This document shows, piece by piece, positions 1 through 8,831 of a stretch of 64,000 bases of DNA. The stretch's first letter is position 1, and each line of letters opens with the position of its first letter. The stretch covers positions 120,854 through 184,853 of the forward strand of contig DASWIS010000001.1 in NCBI GenBank assembly GCA_036397555.1, given 5' to 3'. Source of the stretch: Candidatus Zixiibacteriota bacterium. Lineage in GTDB: Bacteria; Zixibacteria; MSB-5A5; WJJR01. The notes below the pieces were generated by a model. The model worked only from the letters and a program-made list of their open reading frames with translations, was not told the origin of the DNA and searched no databases. A program made the translations under genes and the position numbers.

Positions 1-238
1 AGAAGACCATGTTCGCCGAGTCGCCGACCAGAACCCCGTCCAAGCCGACCTCATCGAGCAGACGCGCCGTGTAGTAATCGTATGCGGTCAGCATGACGAT
101 CCGCTGCCCCGCACGCTTAAAGCGTACAAAGTCCTGTACCGTGACCGGTCGGACGCGCGCAGGCGGTGGGGTCTGGATCGCGTCGGTCGCCGGCGATTGC
201 GGCGCGCGCTTGCGCGGTTTCATTGCGGTTTGTGCCAT
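1..238 (-). CDS. panB: 3-methyl-2-oxobutanoate hydroxymethyltransferase (PanB), N-terminal part only; gene runs off the window start
   Basis: Reverse-strand translation from ATG (revcomp of 236-238) gives MAQTAMKPRKRAP...RIVMLTAYDYYTARLLDEVGLDGVLVGDSANMVF, the conserved PanB N-terminal TAYD/LVGDS motif. Not in the supplied ORF track because no stop occurs inside the window. Confidence 0.55.
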   Translation of the reverse strand, partial: MAQTAMKPRKRAPQSPATDAIQTPPPARVRPVTVQDFVRFKRAGQRIVMLTAYDYYTARLLDEVGLDGVLVGDSANMVF

Positions 239-272
239 ATGATCGTAATAAAGCGAATCGGCGGGCCCGAAA

Positions 273-824
273 TCAAATTACCCGCGCGGGCCCAACGCCC
301 AAGTTCAAGTCGATTCTTCGCATAGTAACCGCCCCGCCGGGCAGTTCGTTCCTCAGTTGCTCAATGGTGCGACCGATGATCGGATGAACGATGTCGGGGG
401 TCAAGTCGCACAACGGCTGCAACACGAAGGCGCGCTCCATCATGCGGGGATGGGGTACGATCAAATCGATGTCCTCGACGATCGCGCTTCCATACAACAA
501 CACGTCCAAATCAATCGTGCGCGGCCCTTTGCGGACATCGCTGCGTTTCAATCGCCGCTCAATCTCACGCAGACGTCCGAGCAGATCGTGCGGCGGGATG
601 TCGGTCTCAATCTCCCATACGCAGTTGTAAAACATACCCGGCCCCGCCTCGCCGACCGGTTCGTTTTCGTACACCGGCGATGAACGCATGCCATCAATGC
701 CACCTGCCGCAGTCAGCATCCTGAACGCCTCTCGCAAATAGAAGGCGCGGTCGCCGACATTGGAGCCGACGCCGACATAGGCGGTCGTCAGAGATGTCCG
801 TGGAAGCATGAATGAACCCGTCAT
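273..824 (-). CDS. folK: 2-amino-4-hydroxy-6-hydroxymethyldihydropteridine pyrophosphokinase (HPPK)
   Basis: 183-aa ORF with VGVGSNVGDR ... GPRTIDLDVLLYG ... HPRMMERAFVLQPL, classic HPPK motifs. Lies upstream of panB on the same strand, an arrangement also found in E. coli. Confidence 0.85.
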   Translation of the reverse strand: MTGSFMLPRTSLTTAYVGVGSNVGDRAFYLREAFRMLTAAGGIDGMRSSPVYENEPVGEAGPGMFYNCVWEIETDIPPHDLLGRLREIERRLKRSDVRKGPRTIDLDVLLYGSAIVEDIDLIVPHPRMMERAFVLQPLCDLTPDIVHPIIGRTIEQLRNELPGGAVTMRRIDLNLGVGPARVI

Positions 825-1198
825 GCGCTCTCGCCGGACATATCGACATCCGAATCGAATTCGACTTCGATATGATCGAGGTTGCCGGGTATCGGCGGGA
901 TCTTTTTGCGCACGCGCACGATGACGCGTTGCGCGCCGAACTCGCCCTTGAGTTCACGCGCGATGCGCGCGGCCACCGTCTCCAACAGATTGAATTTGTG
1001 CTGTTGCACGATTCGTTCGACGACCCCATACACCGCAGTGTAATTGACTGCATCGGCCAGCCGGTCGGACTCGGTCGCGCGCGCGATATCGACAAACAGC
1101 TCGCAATCGACCTCAAAACGGCGCCCGGTCTCGCGCTCGGCCGCCGAGACACCGTGGAAGCCGTAAAACGTCATATTGTGCAGACTAATCCGCGCCAT
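821..1198 (-). CDS. folB: dihydroneopterin aldolase
   Basis: Internal Met of ORF 821..1459: MARISLHNMTFYGFHGVSAAERETGRRFEVDCELFVD... fits the FolB family. Its stop overlaps the folK start (ATGA), and its own ATG overlaps the upstream gene's TAA stop by one nucleotide (TAATG). Confidence 0.8.
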   Translation of the reverse strand: MARISLHNMTFYGFHGVSAAERETGRRFEVDCELFVDIARATESDRLADAVNYTAVYGVVERIVQQHKFNLLETVAARIARELKGEFGAQRVIVRVRKKIPPIPGNLDHIEVEFDSDVDMSGESA

Positions 1199-2439
1199 TA
1201 CACGGCATCCTTCCCCTCCGAGCGGCGTGCGCGCTGTCCCATGCGACGGCGCGACAGCCGTTTTTGGTAGAGCCGCGCGTGCGATGCCAGCCGCTGGGCC
1301 ACTTCGTCGACCGTTCGGCGCGTCTCCGGAAGAACCATGCGGACAAAACCTTCGCCGCGTTCGCCGAAGTCGGTCCCCGGTGCGCAGAGGATTCCCGCAC
1401 GGCGCAGCAGACGACGGCAAAATGCGCGCGACCCGACTGCGGCATCGACGGCTACCCACAAGAACGGCGACGTCGGCGACGATCGCGGTTTCCAGCGCAG
1501 GGCGACTGCGGTCTCGGTCAGCACCGTGCGCGCGTGGGCCAGCGCGTCGGTCCGATGCGCCAGATGTTGTTCGGCCCGTTCGAAGAGTACTTCGGCGATG
1601 GCAACCGATTGTCGCGTCGGAAGCGCCTGCGCCGCCTCGGCCAGGAATGCAGCCGCGCTGATCGCCTCGCGGTTGCCGCAGACGGCTGTCAACGCCAGAC
1701 CCGGCACTCCGAAGTTGGCGCCGATGGATGCCATCTCCACACCGACACTCTGCGCCCCACGCGCTTCCAAAAACGTGCGCGGACGGTACGCGCCGCTGGT
1801 GGCAAATGTAAACGCGGCATCATAAGCGATGAGAATGTTGTGCCGTCGGGCGAATGCCACGCTTTCGGTCAATGTCGCCAGATCGGCCGATGCCCCCGTG
1901 GGGTTGTGCGGGTATCCTAACACCATCATCGGGATGCGTCCGACCAGCCCGGTGTCGAGCATGGCGAAACTGGGCAGGTAGTCGTTGCGCTCCAACAGGT
2001 TATACGGCATTACCCCGGCATTGCACAGCGCGACCGCGCCGCGCTGATACGGCAGCCCCGGATCGGGCAGCAGCACCATTTCGCCCGGATTGACGAACGA
2101 TAAAGTCAGAAAATGCAGCGCAAGGATCGTGTTCGGCACGAGCGTGATTTCCAGTTCCGGATCGAGAATGACTTCAAACCGTTTGCGATACCACGCGGCA
2201 ATCAGCTCGCGCAGATGCGCTCGTTCGTCGAATGATGCCGATTGCCATCCATCGGCTGCGAGCGCATTGTCGATCGAATCAGAATGATCGGAGGCCGCGT
2301 GCGAGAGCCGTGACAAGTCGATGACTTCAACACCGCGTTTACGCAGACGCGCCGCAAGGCGCACCAGATCATCGGGCGGCACCGGCATCCGCTGCAACCG
2401 GTCGCTGCGGTCCAGCAGAATTTTTCGCGCTATCGGCAT
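1198..2439 (-). CDS. class I/II aminotransferase-fold protein; the PLP-binding lysine appears to be absent
   Basis: ORF 1198..2520. Start placed at MPIARKILLD (ATG at 2437-2439) by family length. Contains GYPHNPTG and IAYDAAF, but the region aligning to the SxSK motif reads EMASIGANFGVPG with no lysine. Confidence 0.7.
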   Translation of the reverse strand: MPIARKILLDRSDRLQRMPVPPDDLVRLAARLRKRGVEVIDLSRLSHAASDHSDSIDNALAADGWQSASFDERAHLRELIAAWYRKRFEVILDPELEITLVPNTILALHFLTLSFVNPGEMVLLPDPGLPYQRGAVALCNAGVMPYNLLERNDYLPSFAMLDTGLVGRIPMMVLGYPHNPTGASADLATLTESVAFARRHNILIAYDAAFTFATSGAYRPRTFLEARGAQSVGVEMASIGANFGVPGLALTAVCGNREAISAAAFLAEAAQALPTRQSVAIAEVLFERAEQHLAHRTDALAHARTVLTETAVALRWKPRSSPTSPFLWVAVDAAVGSRAFCRRLLRRAGILCAPGTDFGERGEGFVRMVLPETRRTVDEVAQRLASHARLYQKRLSRRRMGQRARRSEGKDAV

Positions 2440-2464
2440 CGCGAGGGGTCCGACATGGCGGGGG

Positions 2465-3142
2465 TCACTGAGAGCCGCGCTTCGCGCCGACCTGGCAGGC
2501 GCCGCACACAGGGGTCTCATCGCCGGAGAATCGCGAATGCAGAGTCCCCGAGAGCGACAGCAGTTCGTCGACCTGCCGGCAATCGAGATGATCGGGCTCT
2601 TTCAGCGCGCGGGCGATGTGCACTATCTGCGCGAAGCGTTCGACTGTTTCCATTTTGCGAAACGCGTCTTCCAGATCGGCGCCGATCGTCAACACACCAT
2701 GATTCTTCAACAGAAACGCATCGAAACGATCGAGATACTTTTCAATCGATTGTCCGACCGCCGCCGTCGACGGTGTCGCGTATTCCGCCAACGGCACCGA
2801 GCCGAGTGTGGCGACGACTTCGGGGAGGATGCAATCCGCCAGCGCAATCCCGGCGACTGCGAACGCAGTCGCGTACGGCGGATGCCCATGCACGCACGCG
2901 CCGACATCGGGGCGCGCATTCAGCGCCGCCAAATGCATCAGCATCTCACTCGACGGTTTGCGCGTGCCCTGCTTTTGTTTTCCCTTGGGATCGACGACTG
3001 CCATATCTTCGGGACTCATGAATCCTTTGCACATCCCGGCGGGGGTGATGAGAATGTTCCCGTCGGCCAATCGCGCCGAAATGTTTCCCTCGGCAGCGAC
3101 AATCAGCCCGCGCGCGTACATGCGCGCGCCGATGGACACCAT
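2465..3142 (-). CDS. class II aldolase/adducin-family protein (fuculose-phosphate aldolase / MtnB-like)
   Basis: Internal start MVSIGARMYARGLIVAAEGNISARL... HGHPPYATAF... NHGVLTIGADLEDA. Zn-binding His pattern of class II aldolases. About 226 aa. Confidence 0.7.
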   Translation of the reverse strand: MVSIGARMYARGLIVAAEGNISARLADGNILITPAGMCKGFMSPEDMAVVDPKGKQKQGTRKPSSEMLMHLAALNARPDVGACVHGHPPYATAFAVAGIALADCILPEVVATLGSVPLAEYATPSTAAVGQSIEKYLDRFDAFLLKNHGVLTIGADLEDAFRKMETVERFAQIVHIARALKEPDHLDCRQVDELLSLSGTLHSRFSGDETPVCGACQVGAKRGSQ

Positions 3143-3277
3143 CTCCCGCCGCAGTTGAAAAACCGACGGCGTTGGCCCCGGATTTGCCACGCTCGCAATT
3201 AAGCCGCAGCCACAGAGGCGAATCAATCGGTTTGTCCGAACGCGCTTGACCTGAACGCATGCACGCCCTACGCTGAT

Positions 3278-3574
3278 ATGGGAGATGATGGTCGAATGGC
3301 CGTCTGCTGGAACTGTGGCCAGAGTTATGATCCGCCCGATCCGATCACGCGTGAGAGCGAGTGCCCGCGCTGCGCGGCATATCTGCGCTGCTGCCGCAAC
3401 TGCACCTTCTACGAGCCGGGTACGCACAACGACTGCCGCGAGCCGCAGGCCGAGTTGCAGCCCGACAAGGAAGTCGCCAACGCCTGCGACTACTTTCGCG
3501 CGGCCGATGTCCCGAAGAACTCCGGCGGCGGCAAACCGAAACGCGACATTCGCGATCTCTTCAATGATGCTTGA
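3278..3574 (+). CDS. small cysteine-rich (zinc-ribbon-like) hypothetical protein
   Basis: 98-aa ORF with CWNCG...CPRC...CCRNC...C pairs. No recognizable family. Confidence 0.4.
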   Translation: MGDDGRMAVCWNCGQSYDPPDPITRESECPRCAAYLRCCRNCTFYEPGTHNDCREPQAELQPDKEVANACDYFRAADVPKNSGGGKPKRDIRDLFNDA

Positions 3575-4086
3575 TCAGTTCTTCGTTGCGTGCATTGAGG
3601 GCACCAATGTCATTCCGAATCTCCCGAATCCCGTCCTGATTGCGGGACGGGATGAGCGGGGTGAGGAATCTCCAATGGGAAAGAGGCAGGACATGGAGAT
3701 GCCCATCCCGAGGCGCAGCCGAGGGGATTCGGCATGACCGACGTATCGACTTGGGTCAGATTGCGATTCACCTCAGTTTTTAATCGCCCGATGACGAACA
3801 AAGTTAGTAGACCATATTGATGATGGAGACGACGAGCAAAACGAACTAAGCATAGGCCGGGGAGAGCACGCTTGAAAAACCCTCTACAATAGTCCAATGA
3901 AGGCCGTCCCCTACGGGTTGCGTCTCTTGCCGTGACCCCTGCCCGAGGCAAACAAGTCCGCTCGGTGCGGACTTGCCCGCCTCGGGCGGGGCAGCGAGGA
4001 CTAAAAACCGGTGGTGGCTGTAAATCGCCTTTAACGTATCGATGGGGAAGGGTTTTTCAATCCAAACGCTCTCTGCAGGTGGCCGA

Positions 4087-4115
4087 CCGCCCCGCGCAAG
4101 CGGGGCGGTTTTTTT
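4087..4115 (+). terminator. rho-independent terminator
   Basis: ccgccccgc-gcaa-gcggggcgg perfect 9-bp GC stem followed by TTTTTTT on the + strand. Confidence 0.6.
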
Positions 4116-4252
4116 GTCAGCGGTGTCCGCATTCCACCCATTCCAACTTGTTAAGATTGTCACAATGAGAATGCGAGTCGAGGTTCCGGCTTGGATAGGC
4201 GGGAATAGCCGATATATTGAATTGTAATACGAAATCGGAGGGGCGTGCAGAT

Positions 4253-5896
4253 ATGAAGCATCTGTCCTCCCCAACAAGGGGCCTTCGGCCCAAAGCCAAT
4301 GGCCCCCTTTTGACGGGGACAATACTGTTACTGGCGTTGTTGCTGTTGCTGCCGGCAAGGACAGAGCAAGCCGCGGCAGGTCCTCTGTGGAGGGAAGGCG
4401 ATTCTGCGTGGGCGGTGGCCGACTCGGCGCGCCTCGCCGATCTGGCCGCACGGTTTCCCGACGGGATCATCCCGCTCTGGGCACTCAGGCAGGACGCGCC
4501 GATCGTACCAACGGGCGCGCCAGATGTCTCTACCCCCGTGTCACCACATGATGCGTCGGACGCTGATGGGTGTGGTCCGCCGATAATCGAGATCAGCCTC
4601 GGAGACAACCACATTGCACATCACTTTGATCCATCGAGCCAGACCACGGAAGTGTACGTGAGCGACAATGCCACTCTTCAATATCGCTTTGATGCCGAAC
4701 TCAATTACACCATAGACACGATTCCCGGTGTGAGTGAAGGGCCTTGGCTCGCCGTCGATCTCGATCGCGACGGTAATGTAGAACTCGTGACGCAGCACGC
4801 GGACATTCTGAGGATACGCTCAGCCCCGGACTGGACTGTGCGCGACTCGATCCAGTATCCGGGGATGGCCACGGTCATGAACCCGATTGCCATCAACGTC
4901 GACGCCGATGAGTACTTGGAGCTATGTGTCACACCGGTCGGATTCTTCTTCGACGGTTTCCTCTCTTTGATCAAGTACAACTCCGCTGCTGACTCGTTTG
5001 AGGAAGTCTCGCGTGTAATGCCGCCCAACGGCGCGATCGGGCGTCCGGCGGCTGGCGATTTTGACTCCGATGGGCGAGTCGAATTCATCTCGGGCAATTT
5101 CATCACGGGCTATGATCTGATCGAGTGGCAGGATACAGGCTTGGTGTACATCGGACACGTCGGTGACACGCTGCCGGGCAACAACTACAGCGCCATCGAA
5201 TGCCGTCCTAAACCGGATGGGCTGCTCTACGCACTTGCGGGCCACTCCGGCACGGACGGATGGACCTATCAGTTATTGAAGCCTGTCGGGGACAATGATT
5301 TCGTTGTCGACCGCCGATTCAGCGCCGCCACCGGGTTTACGGGAATCCACTCTGTGGGTTCCGGCGACACCGACTGTGACGGGCTCGATGAATTGGCCAT
5401 GCGGTTCTACCCAGATTATCAGACGTGGAAGTGGGATATGACGTCGTCGGATTTCGTTGTTTCATGTGCATGGAACAAGGATCAAGTCGGCACGATTGAG
5501 GCGTGGTATTCCGTCGATCTGGATCAAAACGGTACGCCTGAGTGGGGTATTCTCTCTTTGGAAGGCGGCACGTTTAGATCATATCCGTCGAGCTCATGCC
5601 ACGTTTGCGACACTCTCGGACGCTGTCAGATCACAAGTCCCTGGTGTTTCTGCCCGTGCGCCGGCGACCCGGTCTGCGATCAGGTGACCGATGTCTTCGA
5701 CGTCGTTCAGGGAGTTGATGTCGCGTTTCGGGCACAACCGGCTCCCTACTCGCTGAACTGCCCCAGGGATTTCACTGATATAAACTGCGACGGCGTCACC
5801 AACGTCTTCGACGTTGTCGGGCTGGTTGATGTGGCGTTCCGCAGCGGCGACCCTGCGGTGTTGTTCTGTAATCCGTGCCCGCTTTTGCAGCCATAG
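4253..5896 (+). CDS. secreted FG-GAP/VCBS-like beta-propeller repeat protein with C-terminal cysteine-rich dockerin-like double repeat
   Basis: Start MKHLSSPTRG... has a hydrophobic signal (LLLALLLLLPA) and an RBS ggagggg upstream. It carries repeated DxDxDG loops (DLDRDGNVE, GDFDSDGRVE, GDTDCDGLDE, VDLDQNGTPE). The C-terminus holds two copies of VT[DN]VFDVVxxVDVAFR, including DINCDGVTNVFD, a dockerin Ca-loop pattern, and ends FCNPCP. Confidence 0.7.
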   Translation: MKHLSSPTRGLRPKANGPLLTGTILLLALLLLLPARTEQAAAGPLWREGDSAWAVADSARLADLAARFPDGIIPLWALRQDAPIVPTGAPDVSTPVSPHDASDADGCGPPIIEISLGDNHIAHHFDPSSQTTEVYVSDNATLQYRFDAELNYTIDTIPGVSEGPWLAVDLDRDGNVELVTQHADILRIRSAPDWTVRDSIQYPGMATVMNPIAINVDADEYLELCVTPVGFFFDGFLSLIKYNSAADSFEEVSRVMPPNGAIGRPAAGDFDSDGRVEFISGNFITGYDLIEWQDTGLVYIGHVGDTLPGNNYSAIECRPKPDGLLYALAGHSGTDGWTYQLLKPVGDNDFVVDRRFSAATGFTGIHSVGSGDTDCDGLDELAMRFYPDYQTWKWDMTSSDFVVSCAWNKDQVGTIEAWYSVDLDQNGTPEWGILSLEGGTFRSYPSSSCHVCDTLGRCQITSPWCFCPCAGDPVCDQVTDVFDVVQGVDVAFRAQPAPYSLNCPRDFTDINCDGVTNVFDVVGLVDVAFRSGDPAVLFCNPCPLLQP

Positions 5897-6022
5897 TATC
5901 TGTTGTGGCGTCACCCTCACTCGGGTGACGCCTGCTCACCGCCACGCCCCGCAGGGCGGGATCTTCGACGAGGGCGCGTGGCGGGCACATCAGTAACGAG
6001 TAGATTCAGTTGCGATTGAATC

Positions 6023-6787
6023 TCACCGCGCGGGTTTGCGGGCGTTGTTGCCGAGGAACAGGAAGAGGCCGTACGGTTCGAGCGCTTCGCGGTGGCGTTC
6101 GACAGCGGAATAGAAAATCTCTTCGGCTTCGGGACGATCGGTGCCGACTTCTTCGAAAAACTGCTCGGCCAGGCGGGCAATCGCTTCGACCGTTGCCGCG
6201 GTCGGCGCCATTTGGCGTCCCTTGCGAATTTCAAAACGTCCGGTGGCATCGACGGCTAATGCCGTCAACGGTTCGTGCACCGTGGCGACAATGTCGCGCG
6301 CGCGACGCCAGTCGGCCGCTAATCGCACCATTCCGCGCGTGCGGATCATCTTCGCCGACATCGCATTGAGCGCATTGATCAGCAGCGCCACCGGATCGGG
6401 ACGGCCATACGACGCCTCCCCGGTCGTGCCGCGCGCACTTGTGGCCGACTTGCTGCGACTGTTGGCGACCGCTAAGGCGATGGCGTGAAACTTCGACCGC
6501 GCCACCATCTCAAACTGTTGCTCGTCGCTGTCGGGGAGCACGGTCGCGAACAGCAGGTATTCGGGCTGGTTGAAGAGGTGGACGCTGACGCGCTCGAATC
6601 GCAGCGTCAGCCGCGTGAATCCGCGCAGACGCTGATAGGTTTCGGTGAACAGCTTGATCAGCCGCTCGGTGTGCCGCTCGGTAAACGCCGCCGGGAACAG
6701 ATGCTCGATCGCACCGTCGCGTTTGGCCAGCACCGCCACACCGGTGACGCCCACGTGGGCGCGGATGTCAGACAGGATTGCTCGCAT
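6023..6787 (-). CDS. hypothetical protein, N-terminal roadblock/LC7-like (MglB-like) domain (tentative)
   Basis: Internal start MRAILSDIRAHVGVTGVAVLAKRDGAIEHLF... resembles the roadblock/LC7 fold. The + strand antisense ORF 6645..7496 is Arg-rich and was rejected. Confidence 0.4.
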   Translation of the reverse strand: MRAILSDIRAHVGVTGVAVLAKRDGAIEHLFPAAFTERHTERLIKLFTETYQRLRGFTRLTLRFERVSVHLFNQPEYLLFATVLPDSDEQQFEMVARSKFHAIALAVANSRSKSATSARGTTGEASYGRPDPVALLINALNAMSAKMIRTRGMVRLAADWRRARDIVATVHEPLTALAVDATGRFEIRKGRQMAPTAATVEAIARLAEQFFEEVGTDRPEAEEIFYSAVERHREALEPYGLFLFLGNNARKPAR

Positions 6788-7442
6788 CGTACACGGCCTC
6801 GAAGAATTCGGGAAAATCGTTGCGCAGATTGCCGACGTTCGCCTCCGGATCGGTGAGAATACCGAAGGCGCGTCCGCGAATGCGCGCGACAATCAGGTTT
6901 TCCGCGCCGAACTGCACAAAGCCATGACGCAGCTCTCCGACGCGAATGATCTCGGGCAATCCGAACACGATCGCCGAGAGCGCGGCAAACTCACGGTCCC
7001 ACTCGGCGACCACGTCGCGAAAATGCCGGCGGAAGATCAGCGTGCCGCTTTGATCGAATTCGTACAATGCCATCGCATATGGGCAGGTGCGCAGCACTTC
7101 CTCGATGGTGTCGCGGAAGGTCGCCGCTTCGTACCCATCTCCTCCGGGAGTCGGCGACGGCTGTCTGCCCTCGGCGAATTCGGCCGCGCGGTCGACCACC
7201 AGCGCCATCGTCTCGGTATGAACGCGGTCGATTTCGATATCGAGCTTGAGCTGATTTTCTTCGCGCGCCAGATCGTCGGCCCAGTCGCGGTCGACTTTGT
7301 GCACCGTGCGTCCGTCGACGATCACCGAGGAGACCAGCCGTTGCCGCGGCCGGTATGCGAACTCGGTTTGCACCTGAATGATCTTGCCGAAGTGACGGTG
7401 CGATCCGAGCTTGCCCTGCGGGATGTAGCTGGTCGGTTCCAT
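6768..7442 (-). CDS. hypothetical protein, C-terminal roadblock/LC7-like domain (tentative)
   Basis: 224-aa ORF whose 3' end overlaps the downstream gene. C-terminal ...GTLIFRRHF...AENLIVARIRGRAFGILTDPEANVG resembles roadblock domains. Confidence 0.4.
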   Translation of the reverse strand: MEPTSYIPQGKLGSHRHFGKIIQVQTEFAYRPRQRLVSSVIVDGRTVHKVDRDWADDLAREENQLKLDIEIDRVHTETMALVVDRAAEFAEGRQPSPTPGGDGYEAATFRDTIEEVLRTCPYAMALYEFDQSGTLIFRRHFRDVVAEWDREFAALSAIVFGLPEIIRVGELRHGFVQFGAENLIVARIRGRAFGILTDPEANVGNLRNDFPEFFEAVYDASNPV

Positions 7443-7513
7443 AGCGATGCGACGCCCCGTCTCGATGAGAGGGGCCTCTTAATGGATTATCGTTAACTTC
7501 CCGATTTGGTTTA

Positions 7514-8758
7514 GTGGGGCCTATGGCGAAGTCACAGCGACACACCGCCAGCGTCTCGGCGACCGGGCATCTGGTCGACTCCGGCATGCTGTCGGAAGCG
7601 ATGGACCGGATCGTGCGCGGCGGCGGCACTTTCCGCGTGCACGAGTTCGATTTGGGGCGCACCAACGCCGATCCCAGCCGCGCCACGCTTGAAGTCGGCG
7701 CCGAATCCAGGCGTCTGCTCGATGAACTGCTCGACCGTCTGGTGCAGCTTGGGTTCTACACCGATGCGGTTAAACAATTGGTCGTGAAACGTGCCCCGCG
7801 CGATGGCGCTGCGCCCGATGGGTTCTATTCCACCACCAACCACGCCACCGAAATCTACAGCAACGGCCGCTGGCGGCGTGTTCGCCATCAGCGCATGGAC
7901 ACGACCATTGTCGTAAACAGCGACAACGATTCTCCGGTGTGCCGCAAATTGCGCGACCTGAAACGCGGCGAGCGCGTGGTCTGCGGCCACGACGGCATTC
8001 GCATTCTGCCGGAATTCAAACGACGCGACCGGTCCGACTTCGGCTTCATGACCACCGATGTTTCGTCGGAAAAGAAAGTCGAATGGGTAGTCGGGCGCCT
8101 GTGTGACTGGATTACGAAACGCACCGGCAAGCTGATCGTCGTGGCCGGACCCGTAGTCATCCACACCGGCGGCGGCGAACCTTTGGCGGCGATGATTCGC
8201 GATGGACACGTCGATGTCCTGCTGGGCGGCAATGCCTTGGCGGTCCACGATGTCGAACGCGCTCTGTTTGGCACCTCCCTGGGGATCGACACCGCGACGG
8301 GCGTCGCCGTCGAGCATGGCCACCAGAATCACATGCGCGCGATCAATGCCATCTGTCGCGCGGGCAATCTCAGGAAGGCGGTGCAACGCGGCATTATCAA
8401 AGATGGTGTCATGCACGCGCTGATCAGCCGTCACGTGCCGTACGTCCTCGCCGGTTCGATCCGCGACGACGGCCCATTGCCCGAGGTCATCAGCGATGCG
8501 ATCGCAGCACAGGAAGCATATGCACGGCATCTGCGCGACGCTGAGATTGTCCTGATGCTCTCCTCGATGTTGCATTCCATCGCAGTCGGCAACATGCTCC
8601 CGGCATGGGTCAAGACCGTGTGTGTTGATATCAACGCACAGGTCGTGACCAAGCTCGCCGACCGGGGATCGCATCAGGCGATTGGCTGTGTTACTGATGT
8701 CGGTCTATTCCTCCATATGCTGTCGGATCGGCTTCGTAACTTGAAATCGACTAACTGA
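7514..8758 (+). CDS. TIGR00300-like / LOR-SDH-like family protein (putative archaeal-type ornithine cyclodeaminase-like enzyme)
   Basis: 414-aa ORF (likely start MAKSQRH at 7523). Family assignment is from remembered overall similarity and size only. Confidence 0.5.
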   Translation: MGPMAKSQRHTASVSATGHLVDSGMLSEAMDRIVRGGGTFRVHEFDLGRTNADPSRATLEVGAESRRLLDELLDRLVQLGFYTDAVKQLVVKRAPRDGAAPDGFYSTTNHATEIYSNGRWRRVRHQRMDTTIVVNSDNDSPVCRKLRDLKRGERVVCGHDGIRILPEFKRRDRSDFGFMTTDVSSEKKVEWVVGRLCDWITKRTGKLIVVAGPVVIHTGGGEPLAAMIRDGHVDVLLGGNALAVHDVERALFGTSLGIDTATGVAVEHGHQNHMRAINAICRAGNLRKAVQRGIIKDGVMHALISRHVPYVLAGSIRDDGPLPEVISDAIAAQEAYARHLRDAEIVLMLSSMLHSIAVGNMLPAWVKTVCVDINAQVVTKLADRGSHQAIGCVTDVGLFLHMLSDRLRNLKSTN

Positions 8759-8831
8759 TTACTGAGAATTTCGTTTTCGGTTGACAGAGCAAGTCGTCTT
8801 CGGCAAATTCTTACCTGTGGGTAATTACCCT

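Noticed and set aside
166-387. 73-aa + strand ORF at the window start
   Set aside because: Overlaps the panB/folK minus-strand genes, which have strong family signatures. It is a spurious R-rich translation.
3830-4115. RNase P RNA, SRP RNA or 6S RNA in the ORF-free structured region
   Set aside because: Diagnostic motifs (GGAAAGUCCGGGCUCC for RNase P; SRP domain IV GGUGCUGUUU-like segment) are absent. Retained only as an unclassified structured RNA candidate.
6645-7496. 283-aa + strand ORF overlapping the two minus-strand roadblock-like genes
   Set aside because: Translation is dominated by Arg and lacks secondary-structure periodicity. The minus-strand products look more protein-like. Kept only as a caveat.
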